This document shows, one piece after another, positions 21,639 through 30,405 of a stretch of DNA of 64,000 bases (position 1 is the stretch's first letter; every line of letters begins with the position of its first letter). Position numbers and translations under genes: made by a program. This stretch comes from an uncultured Acidobacteriota bacterium. GTDB taxonomy: Bacteria; Acidobacteriota; Terriglobia; Terriglobales; Acidobacteriaceae. Under the pieces are notes generated by a model. The model ran no database searches and was not told where the DNA came from. It saw only the letters and a list, made by a program, of their open reading frames with translations. The DNA is taken from assembly GCA_963725945.1 (NCBI GenBank), contig CAVSAW010000023.1, positions 16,867 through 80,866 of the forward strand, given 5' to 3'.

Positions 21639-22094
21639 ATGAAGCTCGTATCCGTGCTCCTCGCCCTCTTCCTGCTTTGCACCGCGCCTGCAGCCCGCGC
21701 CCAATCGCCAGAAGACACCGAGATCCGCGCTGTGATTGCCGCCCAGGTTGCCGCGTGGAACCGCGCCGACATCCCCGCCTTCATGCAGGCCTACGAGGAC
21801 TCAGCCGACACCACCTTCATCGGCCTCACCCTGCGCAAAGGCTTTGAGCCCATTCGCCAGCGCTACATGCTCAGCTACTCGAACCCCGAGCAGATGGGCA
21901 CCCTCACCTTCAACGACCTCGAAGTGCGACTGCTTCCCAACTCCTGCGGCCAGACCGAGTTCGCCGTAGTCACCGGCAAGTTTCATCTCGACCGAAAAGC
22001 CAAGGGCGAAGCCAAGAAAGACGACGGCATTTTCTCGCTCGTCTGGCGAAAAGGGCCCAACGGCTGGAAGATCATCCTCGACCACACCAGCTGA
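21639..22094 (+). CDS. Secreted NTF2-like/DUF4440 (YybH-like) protein
   Basis: AAWNRAD..AFM..Y...GIFSLVW.K...GWKIILDHTS. Confidence 0.85.
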   Translation: MKLVSVLLALFLLCTAPAARAQSPEDTEIRAVIAAQVAAWNRADIPAFMQAYEDSADTTFIGLTLRKGFEPIRQRYMLSYSNPEQMGTLTFNDLEVRLLPNSCGQTEFAVVTGKFHLDRKAKGEAKKDDGIFSLVWRKGPNGWKIILDHTS

Positions 22095-22184
22095 GATTGA
22101 CTGGAATCGCCGCTCTTCCGCAACGTGCTCCGCGGCATCTCGACGCCCAACCTCCTAGTGGTTGTCCTTTCCAGCGAATTTCCT

Positions 22185-23406
22185 TGCCTTTGCCGATCGC
22201 GCTCGACTATTCTCAGTCAACTTTCCCGGCTGACGGGCCCTCCTGGGCCATTCCCCGTTTTCAATCCGGCCCCAAGGAAATCTCGTTGTCCTCTGGAGTT
22301 CGATATGGAAATCTCCCGTCGGGCGTTGCCCCCAGAACGCAGACTCAATCCGCGTGCCCAGCTTAGTCGCCGCTTTGGCGTTGCTGCCTTCGCTGCTCTC
22401 GCCGTTCTCGTTTGTTCTGGAGCTTCCACCTTTCCAAAGGCGTCCCGGTCAAGTTCAGGCACGATTGGTGCCAGTACGGGCGAGGTAGTCGGCGGGGCTG
22501 TGGGCATAGGTGCAGGCCTTACGGCCATCGTGGTGATTTTGGTCGAGGTAAATCACAGCCATCACACGCTGGACGGTTGCGTCTCCTCAGGTCCCAATGG
22601 GCTTGAGCTCCAGACTAGCGACTCGAAACGATTTATGCTCGAGGGCGATTCAGCCAGCGTCAAAGCTGGCGATCGCGTCAAGCTGCATGGGTCAAGAGTG
22701 AAAAAGACAAAGGACACCACCGGCAATCCCGTGTTTAACGTCCAAAGCCTCAAGAAAGACTACGGCCCGTGTCACGTAACTCCGGCCGGATAACCGGACT
22801 CCTGGCGCCACAGACCGCCGACTCCAAACGCAGCCGGCTCCGATGCCGTACCAACCTTCGCATCGGGGCGCTGATTCCAAAGAAAACTCTTGTCCTTGCA
22901 AATTGCGCTGGACTATTCTCAGTCAACTTTCCCGGCTGACGGGCTCCTCTGGGCGATTCCCCATTTTCAATCCGGCCCCAAGGAAATCTCGTCGTCACCT
23001 GGAGTTCGATATGGAAATCTCCCGCGGGGCGTTGCCCCCAGGCCGTGCACTCAACCCGCGTGCGCCGCTCAATCGCCGCTTTGGCTTTGTTGCCTTCGCA
23101 GCTCTCGCCGTTCTGTTGTGTTCGGGCGCATCCTCCTCTCCAACCGCCTGCCAATCGGGCTCGAATGATTCATCATTCGGCGCTGAGATAGTCGGCGCGG
23201 CCGTCGGTGTTGGTGTCGCTCTGGCTGTCATAGTAGTGGTTCTGGTCGACGTGACTCACGGCCGCCACGTGATCAAAGGTTGCGTCTCCTCAGGTCCCAA
23301 TGGGCTTGAGCTTCCAGACTAGCGACTCGAAACGATTTATGCTCGAGGGCGATTCAGCCAGCGTCAAAGTTGGCGATCGCGTCAAGCTGCATGGGTCAAG
23401 AGTGAA
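22185..23406 (+). repeat. Tandem duplication with a unit of about 705 bp, including promoter, leader and CDS
   Basis: About 22185-22427 is similar to 22890-23133; 22576-22701 is near-identical to 23278-23406. Confidence 0.9.
22305..22793 (+). CDS. Small exported or membrane hypothetical protein, paralog 1
   Basis: GGAG RBS, hydrophobic segments, Cys pair (GCVSS...YGPC). Confidence 0.7.
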   Translation: MEISRRALPPERRLNPRAQLSRRFGVAAFAALAVLVCSGASTFPKASRSSSGTIGASTGEVVGGAVGIGAGLTAIVVILVEVNHSHHTLDGCVSSGPNGLELQTSDSKRFMLEGDSASVKAGDRVKLHGSRVKKTKDTTGNPVFNVQSLKKDYGPCHVTPAG

Positions 23407-23509
23407 GAAGGCCAAAGGCGCCGCGGGCGACCAGGTTTTCACTGTCGAAAAACTGAACCGCGACTACGGCCCTTGCCCTGCCGCTCCGCCCCCGAGCCCG
23501 TCGACTTAA
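23011..23509 (+). CDS. Small exported or membrane hypothetical protein, paralog 2 (1-nt frameshift near 23312)
   Basis: Paralogous to 22305-22793; has an extra T in GAGCTTCCAG where copy 1 has GAGCTCCAG. Confidence 0.65.
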
Positions 23510-23592
23510 CCCGGCGTCTCGCAAGCAGAAGGTTCGCGGCCAGGCCGCGACCTTCAAGGCGAGCCGGGCGCTACTCGCGCCCCTTCGGCTTC

Positions 23593-25911
23593 TCAGGCCT
23601 CCTCGGCCCGTGCCTCCGTCACCTCAAACTCCACATGCCGCGTGCCCAGCACAGGGTGATGCGCCGTCAGTCTTACCTTCCCCGCCAGCTCGCCTGCGCG
23701 AATCCACACCGCTCCCGTGCCCCCGATCAGCGAGAAAGGATTGTCGCCAATCAGTTCCGCCGGCCCCGTAAGCTCAAAGCGAATGGCATCGGCAGCGAAC
23801 GGCCGGATCGCATCGTACTCGTCCGTAACCCGCAAAACAACCCGCGTCGTGTCCGCTCCATCGCCAATCAGCGCCGTGTCATCCGGCAGAAGCGTAAATT
23901 TCTGGTCGACCCCTTTGCCGGAAAGCGTCCGCGAAATCACTTGCTTGCCCTGGATGTATCCATCGATGCGCAAGTCACCCCAACCTTCGCGTACCTGGCT
24001 CAGGTCGGCCGAAAATGGCGGATATTTCAGATGCGGAAATTGCCCGCGGTCAGCATCGGCCTCTGCAATCTGCTTCCCGCTCAGGTAGAACTTCAGATGA
24101 TCGCAGTTCGATGAAACCAGCGCGTTTGTGAAGCCAATGTTCTCGTCGCCGCGCGCCCAGTGAAACGATGGCGCCAGCACGATCTCCTCGCTGGGGTCGC
24201 ACTGCGAGCGGTAGAAGCCTGCTGCCGGCTTGGGTTCGCGAAAGATGTCCGTCACGCCGTGATAGCAGATGCGGTCGCCCGAGCCAAAATTTGCATGCGT
24301 GTTGTAGTCGAAGGCGCACCACCCGATGCCGCCTGCGTATTGCGGATCAGATGCCAACTGGTCATGTACCCGTGCATGCCGGATCGTATGCTCGCGCAGC
24401 CGTTCGATATTGTCGATCGTCTTGGTGGGGTAAGTGTGGCCCACAAACTCAGTATTCAAGTACAGCGGATGATTTGGCTTCATCAGCGGCCAGCCAAAAT
24501 CGTTCATTGTGAACACGTCTTCAAGAAATTCCGATTCCTGGAAGTAGCGAATCCCACCCGTCTGCCGTGTCGGATCCAGGCTGTGCGCCATCGCGTTGGT
24601 ACGCACGTAGAAATCGTGATTGTCCCGCGATTCGTTGATCCTCACTCCCCACAGAATGATCGAAGGATGATTCCAGTCGCGTCGCACCATGCGCCGTACA
24701 TTATCGACGGAGATGTCCTGCCACGCTTGATCGCCGATATGCTGCCAGCCGGGAATTTCTTCCAGAACCAGCAGTCCCACCTCGTCGCACGCATCGAGAA
24801 AGTGCCGCGACTGCGGATAATGCGAAGTGCGCACAATGTTGCACCGCAGATTCTTTCGTAAGATGACAGCATCGCGTTTCTGCACGCGTCCCGGCATCGC
24901 CTGCCCCACCCATGGAAATGTCTGGTGCCGATCGAGGCCGCGCAGTTTGATCACTGTGCCGTTAAGCAAGAAGCCCTGCGGCGTAAATCGTGCGTCCCGA
25001 AATCCAATGCGGCGCGAATCGTTGTCTACCATTTCCGTGCCGCGCAACAGCTGTACCTCCACGCGATAAAGCTTCGGCGACTTCAAATCCCACAGCTCAA
25101 TCTCCCCGAGACGATCGAGGCTCACAGTCAACGGTACGTTCCACGCGTCTTCGCCTGATGGCAGCGCCTGCGCAGCCTTGGCGATTTGTCGCTCACCGTC
25201 GTAAAGCGCAACCTCCAGGTTCCATCCGCTTTCGGGCGACTTCCGCTCGCTCTCCAGCCAGCACCGCACATCAAGCGTCGGCTTGCCCGAAAGCACATCC
25301 TTTGCCTGCGCAAAGACATTCTCAATAGACGAGGAGGAAACCACGCGCAGAGACACTTCACGATAGATCCCGCCAAATGTCAGATAGTCCACCTCGTAAC
25401 CAAACGGTGGAATGTCCGGTCGTTCGCTGGAGTCAACTTCGACGGCGAGAACATTCTCGTGGTCCCAGTCAATATGTGGCGTCAGATCGAACGAGAAAGG
25501 CGTAAAGCCGCCCTTGTATTCACCCAGTCGCACTCCGTTCAGCCACACCGTGGAAGCGGTCATCACGCCTTCAAAATCCACAAACACGCGCTTGCCATGC
25601 GCCGCGGTCGGCATCTTGAAACGTCGACGATAGATCGATACAAACTCATACGACTTCTCGTCAAAGCTGTGCCATGGCACTCGCAGATTGGTATGCGGCA
25701 CTGTGACGCGCACAAAATCGCTATCGTTGAAATCGCGCGCATGCGCGGCCGCCGTCGCAGTCGGACTGAAGCGCCAGTTGCGGTTGATCGGCAGCACCAA
25801 GCGGCTTTTTGCTGTCGACGCAGCGGTCCCGGTGGGGGCGGGCAGGCCCGAGGCAACGGTTGCACCTGCAATCAAAGTTCCAGTAGTCTTCAAAAAATCG
25901 CGGCGATCCAT
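23593..25911 (-). CDS. GH2 beta-galactosidase with a Tat signal
   Basis: MDRRDFLK; FEGV; GGIYR.V; RTSHYP; NHPSIILWG..NE. Confidence 0.92.
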   Translation of the reverse strand: MDRRDFLKTTGTLIAGATVASGLPAPTGTAASTAKSRLVLPINRNWRFSPTATAAAHARDFNDSDFVRVTVPHTNLRVPWHSFDEKSYEFVSIYRRRFKMPTAAHGKRVFVDFEGVMTASTVWLNGVRLGEYKGGFTPFSFDLTPHIDWDHENVLAVEVDSSERPDIPPFGYEVDYLTFGGIYREVSLRVVSSSSIENVFAQAKDVLSGKPTLDVRCWLESERKSPESGWNLEVALYDGERQIAKAAQALPSGEDAWNVPLTVSLDRLGEIELWDLKSPKLYRVEVQLLRGTEMVDNDSRRIGFRDARFTPQGFLLNGTVIKLRGLDRHQTFPWVGQAMPGRVQKRDAVILRKNLRCNIVRTSHYPQSRHFLDACDEVGLLVLEEIPGWQHIGDQAWQDISVDNVRRMVRRDWNHPSIILWGVRINESRDNHDFYVRTNAMAHSLDPTRQTGGIRYFQESEFLEDVFTMNDFGWPLMKPNHPLYLNTEFVGHTYPTKTIDNIERLREHTIRHARVHDQLASDPQYAGGIGWCAFDYNTHANFGSGDRICYHGVTDIFREPKPAAGFYRSQCDPSEEIVLAPSFHWARGDENIGFTNALVSSNCDHLKFYLSGKQIAEADADRGQFPHLKYPPFSADLSQVREGWGDLRIDGYIQGKQVISRTLSGKGVDQKFTLLPDDTALIGDGADTTRVVLRVTDEYDAIRPFAADAIRFELTGPAELIGDNPFSLIGGTGAVWIRAGELAGKVRLTAHHPVLGTRHVEFEVTEARAEEA

Positions 25912-26070
25912 GAAATTCCTTTTCAGACGAGGTGGCGTTGTCAGACGGGCGCTTCCAATCAGAAGCGCTGGCACGGTAGAAATCAGAGACAGCGAACATT
26001 GTATACGTTTCCACTGTTTGCCCACACGCGCCCAGGACGTTCTCACAAACTCCTGTACACTGGTGCCGAC

Positions 26071-26409
26071 ATGAGCTGCATCTTTTGCAAAATCATTGAA
26101 GGAGAAATACCTTCCACCGCCGTTTACCGGGACGAGCAGTGTTATGCCTTCGCCGACATCCATCCCCAGGCGCCGGTGCATGTGCTCATCGCCCCACGCC
26201 AACACCTTGTGTCGCTTGAGCAAAGCACCGAGGCCGACGGCGCTTTGCTCGGCCACCTGCTCTGGGTGGCTGCAGAAATCGCCCGCGCCAGGGGACTGGG
26301 AAAGGGATACCGCGTCGTGATCAACAACGGCGAGAACGGCGGCCAGACCGTCGACCACCTCCACGTCCACCTGCTCGGCGGCCGACCTCTAACCTGGCCC
26401 CCGGGATAG
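26071..26409 (+). CDS. hinT: Histidine triad (HIT) nucleotide-binding protein
   Basis: CIFCKI...GGQTVDHLHVHLLGGR...WPPG. Confidence 0.93.
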   Translation: MSCIFCKIIEGEIPSTAVYRDEQCYAFADIHPQAPVHVLIAPRQHLVSLEQSTEADGALLGHLLWVAAEIARARGLGKGYRVVINNGENGGQTVDHLHVHLLGGRPLTWPPG

Positions 26410-26546
26410 GAAAGACAGGGAACAGGGAAGAATTGAGTTGAGCCCTGGCAAAACGAGAGCGCACCGTAATTCAGTGCGCTCTCATTCTTAAAACTCAATA
26501 GTCAGTTGCAGAGCCGGTTCTTCCTAATCCCTACTCCCCGCCTCGA

Positions 26547-27458
26547 TTACATCGGTTGCGGCGCGTACTCTTCCTCATCTTCAAGCCCGTACCGGCGCAG
26601 CAGATTGGGCAGGCTCTGCGAGAAAGCTGAGCGCGGCATCACCGTGTCGCAGCCCGCCTCAACTGCTTTCATCTTCAGATCGCCCTGCAGATGATTTAGG
26701 AAGCCCACGATCGAAGTAGCCTTCTTGAATTTCGCCTTGAATTTTGGAATCAGCGTCATCGGTTTGGCGTTCAGATTATTCAAATCGAAGACCACCAGCG
26801 TCGGCCGCTCCGCTTCAGGCGCATCTGTCAGACGCGCAACGGCATCTTTATCGCCCTTCACAAACTCCACCTTTACGCCCAGCTTGCGCGCCGTCTCCTG
26901 AATCTTGGCCTGGAAAAACAGGTCCTCGATGAAGCAGAAGATGCGTGTCGGTGCGTCTTCGCGCACAGGAGCGGCCGGTGCGGCCTGGAATACGTCGGGG
27001 TAGTAGCTGCCGTGGCCATTGCCTGAAGTGGGAATCGTCGAGGCCGGCCCGTCGTTCACGTTGCCGTTGACCGCGCGGTAGCTGTGGTCCATCGGACCCA
27101 CAAACGTCCTCGGTCCCCTCTGTTTCTCTTTGCGCCTGCCATGGGGAGGAGAAGAGGTGCTGTTGCCCGGCGACGCGGGAGGTGCCGCACTCTTCTGGAA
27201 GAATTTCTTCTTCTTCCGTCCCGGGTTCTGGCGGACATGCGGCGGCTTGGACTGTCCGCCTTGTCCCTGTCCGGACTGGGCTTGGGGAGGTGCCTGTTGC
27301 TGCGCTTGCGGTTGAGCCTGCTGCGCCTGAGGTGCGCCTTGCTGGCTGGATTTGTTCTTGCGGCGGCGCCGGCGGCGCCGATGCCCCTGCGACTGTCCCG
27401 GGCCGTTGGCCGGGGCGGGCCCAAGCTCTGGCTGGGGCTGCGTCGGTTCTGTTGTCAT
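26547..27458 (-). CDS. Arg/Lys-rich disordered N-terminus fused to an atypical receiver (REC-like) domain
   Basis: HRRRRRRRKNK, GRKKKKFF and GRRKEKQRGPR patches; C-terminal IED...VVFDLN...AGCDTVMPR REC pattern. Confidence 0.8.
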   Translation of the reverse strand: MTTEPTQPQPELGPAPANGPGQSQGHRRRRRRRKNKSSQQGAPQAQQAQPQAQQQAPPQAQSGQGQGGQSKPPHVRQNPGRKKKKFFQKSAAPPASPGNSTSSPPHGRRKEKQRGPRTFVGPMDHSYRAVNGNVNDGPASTIPTSGNGHGSYYPDVFQAAPAAPVREDAPTRIFCFIEDLFFQAKIQETARKLGVKVEFVKGDKDAVARLTDAPEAERPTLVVFDLNNLNAKPMTLIPKFKAKFKKATSIVGFLNHLQGDLKMKAVEAGCDTVMPRSAFSQSLPNLLRRYGLEDEEEYAPQPM

Positions 27459-27792
27459 GCGTGCACTTCCTGGCACATCGCTAGCTGGTGCATTGTTTTA
27501 ATTGATTCAGCTTTTTTCCTGCGGGGTGCTGAGTTCCCCTTGCCTGCCGCTCGTCCAGCCTTGGACAGGGAGCGCGACGGCCGGCGGCCTACCTTCTTCA
27601 GATCAATGGGGAGTTTGCCGAGAAGCGTTGCTCGGACGCAATCTACCACGATCTTCTGGTACATACGAAGCTTTAACAGCGAGTGTGCCCTTTTTGCTAA
27701 GCATCCGGCTGCGTTCTCCCAAGCAAAACTTCACTCAAGTAATACGGGGCCGGGGTACTGAATTCCTGAAAAACGCTCCAGCCGCCTGGTAT

Positions 27793-28339
27793 GCCAAAAC
27801 CTCACAACAACTCTGTCCGGTTGTCAGGATCGGTACGGTGTGGCAGGCGCTTTCCTCGGGTGATGCCCTTCCTATGGGAGCTTTCGCCACTCGCGGCCAA
27901 TCAATGGTCCAGGCAGGCGGGCGAAACTTCCTTCCTCAGCGGCGAGCTTTCACTGCCCATTTCTGGGTGGTTCGCATCAGCCGCCTGATAGGCAATTCCG
28001 ATACTACAGCCTCATGCACTGTCTGGCAAGTGACCTCTTCGCGGGAATCGAATGCGGTAAGAATCGGAATCACCGGCGCCGGCTCCGACCCGGCCGGTAA
28101 TAACTCCCCCAGACACACAAAGCGCCACTCCTCAAGGAGTGGCGCTTTGCTTTCCCGTGCTGGTCACTGGCCTCCCAGCAAATTACGGGCAGTGGTTGTA
28201 TCCACCGCACCTACCGCAGGCTGTCCTGGCCGGTCTCCCCTTTTCAGGGCCGCTCGTGGGCGGATGCTCTTGCCGGGCGTCTGCTGTTCTTCTGGGGCTG
28301 GCCGGGATACTTTCCAGCAGCCGGTACATCACTGGCGCC
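27793..28339 (-). ncRNA. Large structured ncRNA of about 550 nt, OLE-like candidate
   Basis: No credible ORF; many nested helices; the 5' and 3' ends pair; upstream TGcTATATT promoter; 5' domain resembles OLE RNA as recalled from memory. Confidence 0.72.
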
Positions 28340-28342
28340 ATT

Positions 28343-28351
28343 AATATAGCA
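28343..28351 (-). promoter_or_regulatory. Extended -10 promoter of the candidate ncRNA
   Basis: TGCTATATT on the minus strand, in an AT-rich patch just upstream of GGCGCCAG. Confidence 0.6.
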
Positions 28352-28523
28352 ATTTGGGTGCCGTTCTTACATATTAGTATTTTCAATCACTTGCAGGATC
28401 GGACTCCACCATTTCGTCTGGATTACAGTAGACCAAAAGGTTGAAATCTCCTAAATCTCATAGAGCGACTTTTCCGCTCGACTCCCGCATCGCCCATTTC
28501 GCGCGCGCAGGTAGTCCGGATTC

Positions 28524-29372
28524 TTACCTCTGGCATTGCGGGCAGTAATGTGTGCTCCGCCCGGCCACCACGATGCGCTTGATCGGAGTACGGCAAGTCA
28601 GGCAGGGTTCCCCGGTGCGCTGGTAAACCTTGTGCTCCAGTTGAAAAAAACCCCTCACGCCGTCGGCATCCACATAGTCCGAAACCGACGATCCCCCCAG
28701 CCGGATTGCCTGTTCCAGCACCTCGAACAGCGCCAGGCGTAGCCGCTCCAATTCTTCCCTTGTCAAACGCCCGGAACTCCGCCGCGGGCGCACTCCGGCG
28801 CGAAAAAGGCTCTCGTCGGCGTAAATGTTGCCCACCCCCGATAACAGTGTCTGGTTCAGCAAGGCCGCCTTGATGGTCAGTCGCCGCCCCCGAAACAGCG
28901 CCACAAATGCCTCTGTCCCAATGCGAAGCGGCTCTGCGCCCGGCGCGTCAAACCCGCCCCCCCGGCTCAGGTCACGAAATTCCAGGCGCCCGAATCGCCG
29001 AGGATCCACAAAACGCAGCTCCCGCCCACTGGCCAGCGTCAGCCGCGCATGCGTATGCGTCGCCACGGGACCTTCGGGTGTAGTCACCAGTAGCCGCCCC
29101 GTCATGCCAAGATGCACAATCCATTGAGCGCCCGCAGTCGTGCTCCTCCCGCCCAAAGCTCCAAAGCACGGAGCGCCCAGATCGCAGACAATGTGCTTTC
29201 CGACGCGGTGAACGGCAAGAATCGTGCGCCCTTCAAGCCCTTTGGCCTGTCGCGCCGGGGGGGTCTTGAAGGGCTCCCGGTGCGATCCGAACCAGGCTTC
29301 CACAATTCGGTCGCCACGCAGGCGCGCATCCACTCCCCGTGCAATGGTCTCCACTTCAGGCAGTTCGGGCAT
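28524..29372 (-). CDS. mutM: Formamidopyrimidine-DNA glycosylase
   Basis: MPELPEVET, HLGMTG, DPRRFG, GVGNIYADE, C-terminal zinc finger. Confidence 0.97.
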   Translation of the reverse strand: MPELPEVETIARGVDARLRGDRIVEAWFGSHREPFKTPPARQAKGLEGRTILAVHRVGKHIVCDLGAPCFGALGGRSTTAGAQWIVHLGMTGRLLVTTPEGPVATHTHARLTLASGRELRFVDPRRFGRLEFRDLSRGGGFDAPGAEPLRIGTEAFVALFRGRRLTIKAALLNQTLLSGVGNIYADESLFRAGVRPRRSSGRLTREELERLRLALFEVLEQAIRLGGSSVSDYVDADGVRGFFQLEHKVYQRTGEPCLTCRTPIKRIVVAGRSTHYCPQCQR

Positions 29373-29411
29373 TCAGTTATTTTAAGGCCGGCGCGGGACG
29401 GTCCCCTTCAC

Positions 29412-29918
29412 TCAGCGCTCGCCACGCTCGCGGATGCGGTTGGCTTCGAAGCTTACAATCCGCCATGTACCTCGGTCGTCTCTTACCCATACGTGGGTGT
29501 ATCGATAGCTGCCGGAAAAATCGTCTTCGGAGCCCGTCGCGCTGACCTCCACGCGCGAAGTCACCAGCGCTGTCCTGCCGTAGAAACGGATCTTGCGCTC
29601 AGAGTATTCGATGGAGGTAAAATGCAGCGCGCCGCTGCGCAGGTTGGCCAGGGTCTCGTCTTTGGATTGCAGGATTCCGTTCGGATTGATTCCAACATAA
29701 TCGTCGGCCAGCAAAGACGCCACCGCGGGAATGTTCCCATGCACAATCGCATCCCGCCAGCTGTCTTCGAGCTGTTCGATCTGGTGCCGGCTCTCGTGGC
29801 GCTCGCCACGCGGCATCGGTGCCGGTTGAGCAGCGGCACCGGCGGCCAAAAATAGCACAAGACTCACCGCAAGCCGGTGACTCCAGCCAAAGCGAGATTC
29901 TGATCTCAGATTCAACAT
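29412..29918 (-). CDS. Secreted NTF2-like/DUF4440 protein
   Basis: LLADDYVGI..G...K....; YRYTHVW...G.WRIV. Confidence 0.8.
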   Translation of the reverse strand: MLNLRSESRFGWSHRLAVSLVLFLAAGAAAQPAPMPRGERHESRHQIEQLEDSWRDAIVHGNIPAVASLLADDYVGINPNGILQSKDETLANLRSGALHFTSIEYSERKIRFYGRTALVTSRVEVSATGSEDDFSGSYRYTHVWVRDDRGTWRIVSFEANRIRERGER

Positions 29919-30062
29919 AAACGTAACGGATGGTAGACCCGAACCGTCGTGCGGGTCAATTCATGTGCCAGGCGTTCACGTGACTTGCGTACTTGTCTGC
30001 TTCAAACGCGCTTGCTGTCTATCAATGCTGTGCTCCGTTGCGCGGTCGCAGCGTATCCGTCC

Positions 30063-30350
30063 TCAGGCCAGGGCGATCAGGTTCTCTACACTTCGCTCCC
30101 GCATCTTTTGGTAAAGCCCGCCCACTGCATATTTCTTGAAATGCTCCGAGCTCCGATGCGCCTCAAGAGCCTTCTGGTCGACGTATTGTTCGTAAATCAA
30201 AACCGTATCCTGGTCGTCTTCGACATGATGAGGAATAAAAGTGACACAGCCCGGTTCCTTCCGCGATGCATCGGTCAACGAGCGAAGGACTTCAACAATA
30301 TCGAGACGATCTTCTGAGGCGAACTTCATCCGGACAGCATAGGTGATCAT
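30063..30350 (-). CDS. ABM-family putative quinol monooxygenase
   Basis: SRKEPGC...IYEQY.D..ALEAHR.SEHF. Confidence 0.85.
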   Translation of the reverse strand: MITYAVRMKFASEDRLDIVEVLRSLTDASRKEPGCVTFIPHHVEDDQDTVLIYEQYVDQKALEAHRSSEHFKKYAVGGLYQKMRERSVENLIALA

Positions 30351-30405
30351 ACGCAGAGGTTTCCTTCATGCCTGGGTGGGGGGAGCCGCAGGTCGCTGCT
30401 CCAGT

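Noticed and set aside
22576..23406. Diversity-generating retroelement TR/VR pair
   Set aside because: No reverse transcriptase in the window, and the differences are not adenine-specific.
28118..28149. Perfect 14-bp hairpin read as a simple terminator ending a ~200-nt 6S-like RNA
   Set aside because: It lacks a strong U-tract, the upstream part is branched rather than rod-like, and sequence on both sides pairs long-range. It fits better as an internal stem of the larger RNA, though attenuation is not excluded.
27793..28339. RNase P RNA, tmRNA or a group I/II intron as the identity of the large RNA
   Set aside because: There is no GAGGAAAGUCC...ACAGAA P4 signature (only a partial GAGGAAAG), no tRNA-like ends or tag ORF, and no intron boundary motifs or interrupted host gene.
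27502..28444. ORFs 27502-28344 (+), 28139-28444 (+) and the short minus-strand ORFs in this gap
   Set aside because: They have non-protein-like composition, no RBS and no motifs, and they overlap the structured RNA.
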